DNA from: Octopus sinensis
Lineage: Eukaryota
Length of the DNA stretch: 64,000 bases
Direction: 5' to 3'
NCBI RefSeq assembly: GCF_006345805.1
Contig: NC_042999.1
Coordinates: 62,124,001-62,188,000 of the forward strand
The notes under the pieces are model-generated. The model ran no database searches. It was not told the origin of the DNA and saw only the letters and a program-made list of their open reading frames with translations. Below, one piece after another: positions 24,084 through 38,380 of the stretch. The translations under genes were made by a program, and so were the position numbers. How positions within the stretch are numbered: the stretch's first letter is position 1; each line of letters opens with the position of its first letter.

Positions 24084-24453
24084 ATATATGCATATGTTGT
24101 ATACATGTGTGTGTAGCTATTTAGGATCTACACAAATTTATATATCTCACACGAAGTTTATGATAAGCGGAGATGTTTACATTTAGATAGCTGTTACGTT
24201 AACTACGTCACAAAATAGCAGTTTACGTCACAGTAACAATATTTGAGAAGCAGAGCAGTAAATAATATGAGGCCGAAAGAAAGAATATCATTGGTTAAAA
24301 TTCGAATTTTTAAACAACGTTAAACTTAGAAATTACAATTCCGTTTTCATTTTGGTTAACAATTATGTTTTCTTTTGACACATTCTACCAGTATACGAAG
24401 TTTCAAATTGTTTAGTTGACTAGGAAAATCTGGCTTTCAAAAAGAAAAGATCC

Positions 24454-25010
24454 GTATGTATGTATGTATGTATGTATGTATGTATGTATGTATGTATGTA
24501 TGTATGTATGTATGTATGTATGTATGTATGCATGTATGTATGTATGTACGTATGTATGTATGTACGTACGTACGTATGTATGTACGTACGTACGTATGTA
24601 TGTACGCATGTATGTACGTACGTACGTATGTATGTACGCATGTACGTACGTACGTACGTATGTATGTACGCGTATGTACGTATGTATGTATGTATATATA
24701 TGTACGTACGTATGTATGTACTTACGTACGTATATATGTACGTATGTAGTATGTATGTATGTATGTACGTACGTACGTATGTATGTATGTACGTATGTAT
24801 GTACGTATGTATGTACGTACGTACGTACGTATGTATGTACGTACGTATGTATGTATGTACGTACGTACGTATGTATGTATGTACGTATGTATGTATGTAC
24901 GTACGTACGTATGTATGTATGTACGTACGTATGTATGTATGTATGTATGTATGTATGTATGTATGTATGTATGTATGTATGTATGTATGATGTATGTACG
25001 TATGTATGTA
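24454..25010. repeat. (TATG)n/(TACG)n compound microsatellite
   Basis: Directly visible. Confidence 0.97.
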
Positions 25011-25304
25011 TGAAGCGCCACAGAGAGATGTACTGATGGCATTAGTGGCCATTTCTCATCCCTAACTTGATCGTCAATAACTTCACAGTAACGTCTTCCT
25101 CTTCCGTCCATCCGATAATGTATCTTTTATTGAATATATCCTTGACTCTATTTCCTATTATCAATTTCTATAAACATTTTGATTCATTCTGACTTAACAG
25201 AACATGCATATACCGTAATTGTTATTGTTGTGTAACACTTGGTTCGATATAATTGACTAGTCCCATATCCACAAATATCAGGACTTGTGCCTATAGTTGA
25301 AAGG

Positions 25305-25426
25305 ATCATCATCATCATCATTATCATCTCATCATCGTCGTCGTCGTCGTCGTCGCCGTCATTGTCGTCATCGTCGTCGTCGTCGTCATCATCATCATCA
25401 CCATCACCATCATCATCATCATTATT

Positions 25427-25457
<31 letters not shown>

Positions 25458-25525
25458 TTATTTTTTTTTATTATTATTATTATTATCATTATTATTATTA
25501 TTATCATTATTATTATTGTTATTAT
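25305..25525. repeat. (ATC)/(GTC)/(ATT) trinucleotide microsatellite
   Basis: Directly visible. Similar tracts lie at 25790-25840, 25985-26160, 46995-47160 and 47612-47770. Confidence 0.95.
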
Positions 25526-25789
25526 ATTTTTCTCTTCTTTCTTCAAATGTTCTTCCGTTTCTCGACTCGTGTTTTCCGTACACCTAGGACAGAGAAACTC
25601 ATTGTATGCATTCCCAGATTACACACGCAAATTCACAGGTAAAATATGTGTTTAAAAAAATTAATAAGTAAATGATTTCATAAATGGATGTTTTCACAGC
25701 GATAATACTCTTCTCAGCACATGAGTCGTTCCTGTTAACATGATTTTTTTGCACTTCCTGTAAGGATGGTAAGCCTGGTATCATTTTCA

Positions 25790-25841
<52 letters not shown>

Positions 25842-26062
25842 TCAAATTTGGTCCCAGAATTTGAACATCACATCCAGCTTTTTTCAGAAGCACATTTTCG
25901 GTCGTTAGCATATGACACCTTCTATCTTTTTATATTTGTTTCAGTCATTAGACTGCGACCATGCTGGGGCACCACCTTGAAGAATTATGATTATTATTAT
26001 TATTATTATCATCATCATCATCATCATCATCATCACCATCACCATCATCATCATCATCATCG

Positions 26063-26120
<58 letters not shown>

Positions 26121-26740
26121 CATCATCATCATCACCATCATCATTATTATTATTATTATTGAGTGAGAGAGCAGTGTATGCCATTAAAGTGATACTGGGA
26201 TAAAATATATGAAGCCCAGTATACCCATCATGACTACCCGTCTGATGAGGGTACACTAGGCACATGCATCATAACCATGTGTGCGCGACTTGTTTTTTAG
26301 TTTGGCCAATATGTTGTTCTTGCTATTAGGGTTTTCCGAAGCACATGTGAAGTTGTTATTCACTGTAAAACGTTGACCCTGTTGGGGTTTTCACTGTAAA
26401 ACGTTGACCCTGTTTGAAAGAGAATTCCGATCCCTCAATTATATTTAGCTATGGTAAAAATTTGTCATGATATGTTTTGTCCTCAGTGTGGTTGATGCAA
26501 ACCCCGCTATTGGGGCAGCACACTCGTTGACTTTGGTGTGGAGTTTCCGGAAGGTAATTTACCGCAGGTGGGTAGTTTTTTGATTGTCCTTTGCTTTTGA
26601 TTATTTTGATTATTTCGAATGCTTGTTTCATTCTTAGATCTTGTCTCAGTAGTGGAATGATCTGTTGAATGCAATCTTGAATATAGTTTCGTTGGGCGAT
26701 AGTGTTGGATCTCCAAGTAAAATATTCTTCCCCAGGTACC

Positions 26741-26960
26741 TCTTTTACTCTTTTACTTGTTTCAGTCATTTGACTGCGGACATGCTGGAGCACCACCTTT
26801 AGTTGAGCAAATCGACCTGAGGACTTATTCTTTGTAAGCCTAGTACTTATTCTGTCGGTCTCTTTTGCCGAACCGCTAAGTTACGCGAACGTAAACACCC
26901 ACGATCGGTTGTCAAGCGATGCTGGGGGACAACAAACACATACACACAAACACACACACA

Positions 26961-27046
<86 letters not shown>

Positions 27047-27226
27047 TATATGCATAGATATATACGACGGGCTTCTCTCAGTTTCCGTCTACCAAATTCA
27101 CTCGTATGGCTTTGGTCGGCCCGAGGCTATAGTAGAAGACACTTGCCCAAGGTGCCATGCAGTGGGACTGAACCCGGAACCATGTTGTTGGTAAGCAAGC
27201 CACTTACCACACAGCACTCCTGCGCC
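26741..27226 (-). mobile_element. Full-length SINE family A copy
   Basis: Head and tail intact; the internal CA/TA microsatellite is expanded. Confidence 0.9.
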
Positions 27227-28419
27227 TATGAATGCCTGAAAGATGTCTCGATATATCTTACATTTTCTTAGTATAATTGTTAAAAATCCTATGTTCTTAA
27301 AAATAAGCGTAGATGTTTCCTGATTTGGTTGGAAGACCGGGGTTAATCATCCGAAAGAAAATAAGTCCGTCGTTTCTTTATAGGTTAGTTTTACTGTAGG
27401 GAATTTTTCACGGAAGAATTATATATACATATGTATGTATGTATGTATGTATGCATGTATGCATGTATGTATGTATACATGTATGCATGTATGTGTATGT
27501 ATGTATGCATGTATGTTTGTATATATGTATGAATGTATGCATGCATGTATGTATGTATGCCTGTTTGTATGTATGTATGCATGTATGTATATATACATGT
27601 ATGTATGTTTGGTTAAACACACACACACTCACACACATACACATGCACGCACTCAGACGCACACAGACACAATATGCCGGAGGAAAAGTTTGGTTTCTTA
27701 CGTCTATTCAAATTCTTGTTTTCTTTATTAACGGTAACGCACACGCCGTAGGGTTGATTATATGTGTATACATATATATACATATATGTGTGTGTGTGTG
27801 TGTGAACGTACTTTTACCCACTATATTTTAGTTGGTGCTAAAGATACGGTAAAAAGACACTTAGCCAAAGTGTCACGCAACTGGATCGAACCCGGAAACA
27901 CGTCGTTGCAAAAAAAGTTTACTAACTGTACAGGCATGCATGCAACACAGACACATACACACACAAATAAACAATTAATCACTGCCATCAGTACTATAAG
28001 TGACATGTTCTCCACTGTCCTGACTTTAATTCCTGATATTGTCATTGCTAATGTCATCACTTCCTACAACAATGTACTTTAGTTAATTGGTTGAAGGTAG
28101 CAAGTGTCAATCAATATTTGATCAGGACACGCCCACTTTTCGTTCCTATTAGTGTGCTCCATTCTTCGCATATACTGATCTCAGTTATTCCGCGACACGC
28201 AGCACGATCCGAACACACACCTAATCGACCCCACCACAATAAAAAGCTCTGTGTCATTTCTACGTGAGTGTATTTTTCGTATATATGATCTAGGGAGGGC
28301 GCACACACACACGAAGCCCACACACATATACGCCTGTATAAGGTTGTGTTGTGGCATTCTATCGTGTATATATTTATGCTTAGGATATATACACATTCAC
28401 ACATACGTATGTAGATATA

Positions 28420-28476
28420 TTTATGTATCATATATATAATCTATATATATATATAGATATATATATATATAGATAT

Positions 28477-28510
<34 letters not shown>

Positions 28511-29800
28511 TTTATATATTATATATATATTATATATAGATATATTTATATTATATACTATATATCTATAAATATATATATATATATATTATATATATAT
28601 ATATATATCTATATATATATATATAGATATATATATATATATATATATATATAGTATATATATATATAGACTTGTTAAAGACTTGTTTTATTTTAATTCC
28701 TGAGCGCCATACTAATCCAATTGTTCGTTTGTTTTCCACCGCCTTCGCTTTTGTCTATTTCATAAAGCTTACCGGTATATATGTATATATATGTATATAT
28801 GTATATATATGTATATATTATATATGTATGTATATATATATATGTATTGTATATAGTCTGTATATATGCATATATATATATATTGTATATATGTATGTAT
28901 ATTGTATATATATATATATATGCACATGTATATACCGGACATGTACTATATATTCTCCTACCTATATACTAGTATATATACTATATATATATACCTACAT
29001 ATATATATATAATATATACCATATATCTGTATATACTTATCTAATCTATATATATATATATATATATATACTATACTATATATGCTGCCCATATATCTCT
29101 CATAAATATGCATGTATATATATATGTATCTATCATATATGTCTATATATGTTATATACCTAATATATCTGTGTATGGATATTATGCATATATATATATA
29201 TGCACATATATATACATGTGTATATATGTAAATATATACATACATATATATGCATATATGTATATATATATATACATATATAAATATGTATATATATACA
29301 CATATATTTATATATATATATACGTATATGCATGTATATATATATGTATATATACATATATGTATATATGTATATACATATATATATATATGTGTGTGTG
29401 TATAGATATATATGCGTATATATATATATTATATCTATATGTAATATGTGTGATATATATATATTATATATGCACATATATAATACATATGTATATATGT
29501 ATATATACATACATATATATGTAATATACATACATATATAATGTATTATACACATATATATGTATATATAATACATATATGCATGTATATAATATATATC
29601 ATGTATATATATGGTATATACATATATATGTGTGTATAGATATATATCATGTATATATATTATATATATTATATAATATATATATATATATGTGATGTGT
29701 GTGTGTGTTATATATATACATATGCACATACACACCACGCGCGCGGCGCGCACACACGCACAGCACACACACACATACACACGTATGTATATATATACAA
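28420..29800. repeat. (TA)n-rich low-complexity field
   Basis: Directly visible; it is the source of many spurious ORFs. Confidence 0.95.
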
Positions 29801-30278
29801 TTTTGTACTTTCGGGCACCGATTGTCGTTCACTGTTGTAATGATCAGATTCTTTGTTGATCTTTCGATTGATTTGCTTTTGAACGTCCCTCATCACACAA
29901 CTGTGAAACATATTTGATTTCCCTGCAAATATCTTCTTTGCCCCTCTGATATGCATATGCATTTGAGTGTGTGTGTGTCATCACGATCCTGTGTATGTGT
30001 AACTGATATTGTGGCGGTATATCATATACATACATATTATGCATATATATATATGTATATACATATATATACATATACATATACATATATATATACATAC
30101 ATACGGGCTTCTTTCAGTTTCAGTCAATCAAATCCACTCATATAGCTTTGGTCGGCCCGAGGATATAGAAGAAGACACTTGCCCAAGGTGTCACGCAGTG
30201 GTACTGAACCCGGAACCTTGTGGTTGGTAAGCAAGCTACTTACCACACAGCCACTCCTGCGCCTAAAATTATAATTAA

Positions 30279-30686
30279 GGGTATCTAAAAGTTGCCATCA
30301 TGCTAGAAATATCAGTCAAATCTTAACTCTAAAACCACATCAAATATTTATACATCACCAGGAGAGAAGACAAAGAGACAAAATAAAGTAGCAAAAATTA
30401 TTGGATAATTCCAGATCCCAGATTTCTGACTTTGCAGAAGAAATGCTTTGCCTCATCAGTGGAATATACACAAAATAGTACATAAATACAAATATATATA
30501 TATACATACAATATGCGAATATACGCACGTATACACATATATATGCACGTATGCACATATATATGCACATATATACACATATATACGCACGTATACACAT
30601 ATATATGCACGTATGCATAGGCCAGTTTAAATTTAGAGTCAAGTTTTGACCGCTATATCTAGCATGATGGCATATTTTAGATACCC
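30279..30686. mobile_element. MITE with ~55-bp TIRs between TTAA sites (Kolobok-like termini)
   Basis: TTAA|GGGTATCTAAAA.TTGCCATCATGCTAGA... and the inverse ...TCTAGCATGATGGCATATTTTAGATACCC|TTAA. Confidence 0.65.
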
Positions 30687-30723
30687 TTAATTATAATTTT
30701 AATAATAATTATTACCTATGAGG

Positions 30724-30799
30724 TTTTTATTCTCATGCTAGCCACTTGATATGATCGGTATTTTAAATAACGATTTTATCCTTATTTATATAAATTTAT

Positions 30800-30842
<43 letters not shown>

Positions 30843-30919
30843 AAAAGGTTAAGAGCAACTCCTAAGTTTCACCGGTTTGACTGTTATATATTTATATTTA
30901 TGTGTACATATATGTATGT

Positions 30920-30985
<66 letters not shown>

Positions 30986-32247
30986 TGTGTATGTGTGTGT
31001 GGTGTGTGTGTTTGTGTGTGTGGTAGGCAAATTCTATCTAGATAGGGTTAATTAATATTTTAACTAAAAATGATGCACTAACAGTAATTCATTACCATTT
31101 TGGATAAATTGTTTGAGAACGATGCTGGCAAACTTCGTAAAGCAGTTTGTCCAAATTATAGAGATTGCATATATCTGTTATTGTTCTACGATTGCTAATT
31201 CGTTCAGAATATCTACATTTTTCTGAGGATCTCAGAATAATGGCCCAATTTAGACATCATAAAAGTACATAAAAAAAAATTGTTTTTGTTGATATGAGCG
31301 GGAATTGCATAGATTCATGAAATTCACCTTGTCTATGAAATTAATCTTTTACTCTTACATTTTTTGTTTCTGAGAAAACGTATTTTCCCTAAAAATTTTG
31401 CGCTAGTTTATATTGAAAAATACATAAACAAACTGTTAATTCTTTTTCTTTCTTTTTTTTTCTGTTTTGTACATTTTCATAAAGTTCCGTTTGAGCATAA
31501 AACATTAAACGTTACTCTTTCTTAAATGTTTTTTTTTTTTAATTTTTTTGGTGGGGACTTGCTTTTTTTTTCCAAAAATTTTGTACTAGTTTACCCGATT
31601 GCTCCAACTCGGTTGTATTCAATCTTTCATAGCTAAGAGTTGCCTTTCGCAGAATAGCATTTTACAAATACCACTCCTCGTTCTTTGCAAAAACAAAAAC
31701 AAAATAGCAGAGTATTTCAAAGAATTAGAAACTAATTTTACGCAGTGATCCATATTTTCTTATCTGTTCTCTTCAGTACATGCCGCTTTTTCGATATTTA
31801 CGTGGACTAGTGCTTTCTATGTTGAAAATTATAATAGAAATAAGGATTCTAAATTAAAGTTATATTGAACATTACTTAAACCCTTCGCTCTCTGGAGCAT
31901 ACGCCATCGATGATTTTTCCCACTGTTCTCGACTCTGGGCTGTCTTTGCCCGAGAAAAGGCCTTCCTTTCCTAGGTACTGATGGTTTTGAATTGCCATCG
32001 GTGCTCCTGTAACTTTGCATTTTTTTTTTCTAGAGATAGGTCTTTGCAAACCCATTTTTATCTCTGGAAAGAAGTGATCCATATTACTCTGGCCTCTATC
32101 CTTTGAGCTGCTATGCGTGGAAGGCCCTATAGGAGATTGCACTTTGCTGGCATTGCTCTTATGGTCATTGAAGCACACTAGCCACCGAGTGAACCCGGAA
32201 CCATGTGGTTGGGAAGCAAGCTTCTTACCACACAGCCACGCCTGCAC

Positions 32248-32292
<45 letters not shown>

Positions 32293-33021
32293 TGTGTGTG
32301 TGCGTGTGTGTGTGTACCCACATATATATACATATATATGTATATATATGTATATATATGTATATATATAATATATATATTAATATATAATATATATATA
32401 TCTTCGTACATACATGCATACATGCATACATACACACACATATCTTCGTACATATAAAGAGTAGAGACCCCCCCCCTTCGGTCATGAATGGTCATGGGCT
32501 TGCACCTAGAAAGTTACACTCCGAGGCACAAGTCTGCCCAATGTTGTTTATGGAAGGCCAGCTGTCGCCCATGCATACAGCTTCCTCTATCTTACTCTCG
32601 TCAAGAAAATATTTCTCCAGCGTTCGCTATTTTACCCTTGTTCTAATGACCCTCCATTGTTGTTTTCATTCGGTTTTCCTTGTATGTCTCCGTTTTGTTT
32701 TTGTTCCCCGCCATAAATCCCAANNNNNNNNNNNNNNNNNNNNNNNNNNNNNNNNNNNNNNNNNNNNNNNNNNNNNNNNNNNNNNNNNNNNNNNNNNNNN
32801 NNNNNNNNNNNNNNNNNNNNNNNTTTTTATTCTCATGCTAGCCACTTGATATGATTCGGTATTTTAAATAACGATTTTATCCTTCTTTATATAAATTTTC
32901 ATACCACACACACATATATATAGTATAATATATATATAATATAAGAAAAGGTAAGAAGCACTCCTAAGTTTCACCGGTTTGACTGTTATATATTTATATT
33001 TATGTGTACATATATGTATGT

Positions 33022-33087
<66 letters not shown>

Positions 33088-34828
33088 TGTGTATGTGTGT
33101 GTGTGGTGTGTGTGTGTTTGTGTGTGTGGTAGGCAAATTCTATCTAGATAGGGTTAATTAATATTTTAACTAAAAATGATGCACTAACAGTAATTCATTA
33201 CCATTTTGGATAAATTGTTTGAGAACGATGCTGGCAAACTTCGTAAAGCAGTTTGTCCAAATTATAGAGATTGCATATATCTGTTATTGTTCTACGATTG
33301 CTAATTCGTTCAGAATATCTACATTTTTCTGAGGATCTCAGAATAATGGCCCAATTTAGACATCATAAAAGTACATAAAAAAAAATTGTTTTTGTTGATA
33401 TGAGCGGGAATTGCATAGATTCATGAAATTCACCTTGTCTATGAAATTAATCTTTTACTCTTACATTTTTTGTTTCTGAGAAAACGTATTTTCCCTAAAA
33501 ATTTTGCGCTAGTTTATATTGAAAAATACATAAACAAACTGTTAATTCTTTTTCTTTCTTTTTTTTTCTGTTTTGTACATTTTCATAAAGTTCCGTTTGA
33601 GCATAAAACATTAAACGTTACTCTTTCTTAAATGTTTTTTTTTTTTAATTTTTTTGGTGGGGACTTGCTTTTTTTTTCCAAAAATTTTGTACTAGTTTAC
33701 CCGATTGCTCCAACTCGGTTGTATTCAATCTTTCATAGCTAAGAGTTGCCTTTCGCAGAATAGCATTTTACAAATACCACTCCTCGTTCTTTGCAAAAAC
33801 AAAAACAAAATAGCAGAGTATTTCAAAGAATTAGAAACTAATTTTACGCAGTGATCCATATTTTCTTATCTGTTCTCTTCAGTACATGCCGCTTTTTCGA
33901 TATTTACGTGGACTAGTGCTTTCTATGTTGAAAATTATAATAGAAATAAGGATTCTAAATTAAAGTTATATTGAACATTACTTAAACCCTTCGCTCTCTG
34001 GAGCATACGCCATCGATGATTTTTCCCACTGTTCTCGACTCTGGGCTGTCTTTGCCCGAGAAAAGGCCTTCCTTTCCTAGGTACTGATGGTTTTGAATTG
34101 CCATCGGTGCTCCTGTAACTTTGCATTTTTTTTTTCTAGAGATAGGTCTTTGCAAACCCATTTTTATCTCTGGAAAGAAGTGATCCATATTACTCTGGCC
34201 TCTATCCTTTGAGCTGCTATGCGTGGAAGGCCCTATAGGAGATTGCACTTTGCTGGCATTGCTCTTATGGTCATTGAAGCACACTAGCCACCGAGTGAAC
34301 CGGAACCATGTGGTGGGAAGCAAGCTTCTTACCACACAGCCCGCCTGCACCTATATATTATATGTGTGTGTGTGTGTTGTGTGTGTGTATGTGTGTGTGT
34401 GTGATGTGGCGTGTGTGTGTGTACACACATATATATACATATATATGTATATATATGTATATATATATATATATATATTAGATATATATATATATTATAT
34501 ATATCTTCGTACATACATGCATACATGCATACATACACACACATATCTTCGTACATATAAAGAGTAGAGACCCCCCCCCTTCGGTCATGAATGGTCATGG
34601 GCTTGCACCTAGAAAGTTACACTCCGAGGCACAAGTCTGCCCAATGTTGTTTATGGAAGGCCAGCTGTCGCCCATGCATACCAGCTTCCTCTATCTTTAC
34701 TCTCGTCAAAGAAAATATTTCTCCAGCGTTCGCTATTTTACCCTTGTTCTAATGACCCTCCATGTTTGTTTTCATTCGGTTTCCTTGTATGTCTCCGTTT
34801 TGTTTTTGTTCCCCGCCATAAATCCCAA
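30724..34828. repeat. 2.0-kb direct duplication (30724-32723 vs 32824-34828) across a 100-N gap
   Basis: Copy 1 ends exactly at the gap and copy 2 begins exactly after it. The copies are near-identical. Confidence 0.95.
32724..32823. other. Assembly gap (100 N)
   Basis: Run of n. Confidence 1.
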
Positions 34829-34914
34829 ATTTTATTTTGGTACTTATGGGAACAACTGTTTACGAATATTCATATTGTCATTCAAGGCAATAATGTTATC
34901 CAAGGGAAAGGCAA

Positions 34915-35090
34915 AGGCCAATACAGCTTGGCACCAGTGACGTCGTAACTCATTTCTACAAGAGAATCAACTGGGGCAACGTGAAATAAAGTGCCTTGCT
35001 CAAGAACATAATACACAGCCCGGTCCAGAAATCGAACTCACTACCTCATGATTGTAAGCCCGACGCTCTGACCAATGAGCCATGCACCTT
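34915..35090 (-). mobile_element. tRNA-derived SINE, family D-related fragment
   Basis: The minus strand has GTGAGTTCGATTTC...TGTTCTTGAGCAAGGCACTTTATTTCACGTTGC, similar to 52936-53190. Confidence 0.6.
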
Positions 35091-35866
35091 CTTTGTACAT
35101 ATACATTATACTAACTAACGCAAATTTCTGTGCCTGTGTCCGCATAGCATCCCATCTTTTAGACACAGATCCTAAGTAGGAACATCATACACTTCGGCAA
35201 TAAGGTGCTCTTCATACTGGTTGTGGGATAAGATGCCTCTGGGTAACAATATTTTATTGATAAAATCCTTTCACTCCAGACGAAATGCATGACACACGAT
35301 GTGATAGTTTCCACATACTGAAACCATTCTGCAACTAATTTTTCTTTTGCATGGTTTTTAACCATGTAAAAAAAAGTTGAATACGTGAACGATAAAAATT
35401 ATATTTATATTTATTGAAATATGGTCAGAAAAGTTGTACATGTTTACACGTTGGTATTAAAATAGGAAAGTGAGAAAACAGTATGGAAGCGAGGAGAAAC
35501 GGTTTATTGAAAGAAAAACAAAACCCAAAAAGCCAAGTTAACGAAAACCTGTATATTCCAGCACCCTACCCAAAAAAAGTGAGAAAAAAGGTCCAGTGGA
35601 ATTTTTATTTGATACATTTTCATTTGATAAAGTCTATCTATGCAAATATAGGCGCAGACGTGGCTGTGTGGTAAGAAGCTTGCTTTCCAACTACATGGTC
35701 TCGAGTTCAGTTCCACTACGTCTCAGCTTCGGCAGCTTTCGCACCTTGGGCAAGTGTCTTCTAGTATAGCCTCAGGCCGGTCAAACTTTTTTGTGAGTGC
35801 ATTTCGTTGACGGAAACTGAAAGAAGCCCTCGTATATACATACTCATATATATATATATATATAGA

Positions 35867-35922
<56 letters not shown>

Positions 35923-36885
35923 AATAGTGTACATTTAAAACACATAAGGGATGACCCTAATAGGACATCTGATCACTAGAAAGAGTAGTTAAACTCCAAA
36001 CCACTGATAGTTGTAATTCCGAAAGGGAATGGGAAATAAAAACGTTTACCCTATCTTTCCTGCACTATGCATAGTTTCGGCAATCTTTTGTAAATAAAAT
36101 AAAATGATTTTAATTTATAATTGGCGTTGCCATCTTCTGCAGGAAGCCAAGGCTAACATACAGGCACGAGGCGATAAGAACCATGTCTCGTGTCTATATG
36201 TTATAACTTTTCAAAATCCACCACGCATGCGCGGTTTTTTCAGCTGTAAATACGAGTGCCGATTTTCTTTCAAAATTAGCCCCCAAAAAAACCTTTTATC
36301 ATTAATTAATAAATATTAAGGTAGCAAAAAAATTTTTAGAAAAATTCCTTGCTAGACCACTGGTAGCAAAGAATTTTTCTAAAGTTTTTTTGCTACCCTA
36401 AGATTTATATATATATTATATATATATATATGCGTGCGCGTGTATGTGTGAGAGAGAGTGCCTTTGTGTCTGTGTTTGTCCCCCCATTACTGCTCAGCAA
36501 CCAGTGTTAGTGTGCTTATATTCCCCCTAACACAAGCAAATTCTCTGTCTCACCGTTCTCTATCCTTTAGGATATCTTCTAAGCGTTACCCACTGTTCTT
36601 GTCTTTTTGGCCATAAGCCCGTATTTAGCTCGTCTCTTCGTCCTTGTCCACCGTCCTAAATCACATTCTTTGTTTGATCTCGGCCTTGAATACTTCTTTT
36701 GCGGGCATCGCCAATATGAGAAGCCCTGACTCTTATCATTAATGGTGCGAAACTGGGCATTACCATTTTGGTTGATAACCGATGAAGAATTAGGGACCTT
36801 CTGTGTTTGTCTCCCGTCCAGTTGTACAATCAGTATACGTTATGTCGTTTGTTTATTTACCATACATTTTTCATTCATTCATTTA

Positions 36886-36929
<44 letters not shown>

Positions 36930-37086
36930 GCTGTGTGGTACGTAGCTTGCTTACCAACCACATGGTTCCAGGTTCAGTCCCACTTTGGGCACTTTGGGCA
37001 AGTGTCTTCTACTATAGCCTCGGGCGACCAAATCCTTGTGAGTGGATTTGGTTAGACGGATACTGAAAGAAGCCCGTATTTATATA

Positions 37087-37130
<44 letters not shown>

Positions 37131-37279
37131 TTTGTAGAAATACATAAATCCGGAGGAGAAGCCTAGTCTAAGATGTAATTGATATACTAGTGGGTAGGCC
37201 GGTTATGGGGTAAAGGATGTGCCCAGGTGAGAATCGAACTCATGATCTTCAGATTCCTCACAAAACGCCTACCCCACTA

Positions 37280-37939
37280 TAATATAATATATAAATAATA
37301 TAGATATATATATAGATATTATATATATATATATATCTATAGATATATATAGGTATATGTATAGATATATAAGATATTATATGTATAGTATATATATATA
37401 TATGTATGGTATATATAGATAGATATATATAGGTAGATATATATATATATGTATATATAGATAAGTAGATGTAGATGGATATATAGAGATATATAGATAT
37501 ATATATATATATATATTATATTATATTATGTAATATATATTATAGATATATAGATATTATGTAATGTATTATATATATATATGATATATATATTTATATA
37601 TATGTATATATATATATATATGTATATGTAATATATATATATATATATGTATAGTATATATATATGTATATGTATATATATGTATATATATGTATAATAT
37701 ATATATATATATATATGTATATATATGTATATATATATATTATATATATGTATTATGTATATATATTATATATATATGGATATATATGTAGTATATATAT
37801 GGATATAGATATTATATATATATGTATATATATGTATATATATAGATATATATGTATATGTATATATATGTATATATATATATATGTATATTATATAGAT
37901 ATATATATATGTATATATATGTATATATATATTATATAG

Positions 37940-38000
<61 letters not shown>

Positions 38001-38029
38001 GTATATATATATATATGTATATATATATG

Positions 38030-38060
<31 letters not shown>

Positions 38061-38242
38061 GGTATATATATATATATGTATATATATATATGTATATATA
38101 GATATATGTATATATATATATATGTATATATATAATATATGTATATATATATATATGTATATGATATATATATATATTATATGTATATATATATATATAT
38201 AATATATGTATATATATATATATTGTATATGTATATATATAT

Positions 38243-38273
<31 letters not shown>

Positions 38274-38275
38274 GT

Positions 38276-38341
<66 letters not shown>

Positions 38342-38344
38342 AGA

Positions 38345-38379
<35 letters not shown>

Positions 38380-38380
38380 G
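37280..38380. repeat. (TA)n-rich microsatellite field
   Basis: Directly visible. Further fields lie at 39030-39380 and 39560-40330. Confidence 0.97.

Noticed and set aside
25015-25290. Possible LINE C-terminus (GRGRR) on the minus strand
   Set aside because: A single short motif, so the clade cannot be assigned.
35159-35365. 68-aa ORF in non-repetitive DNA as a possible exon
   Set aside because: No recognisable motif or convincing splice pair; the length is compatible with chance.
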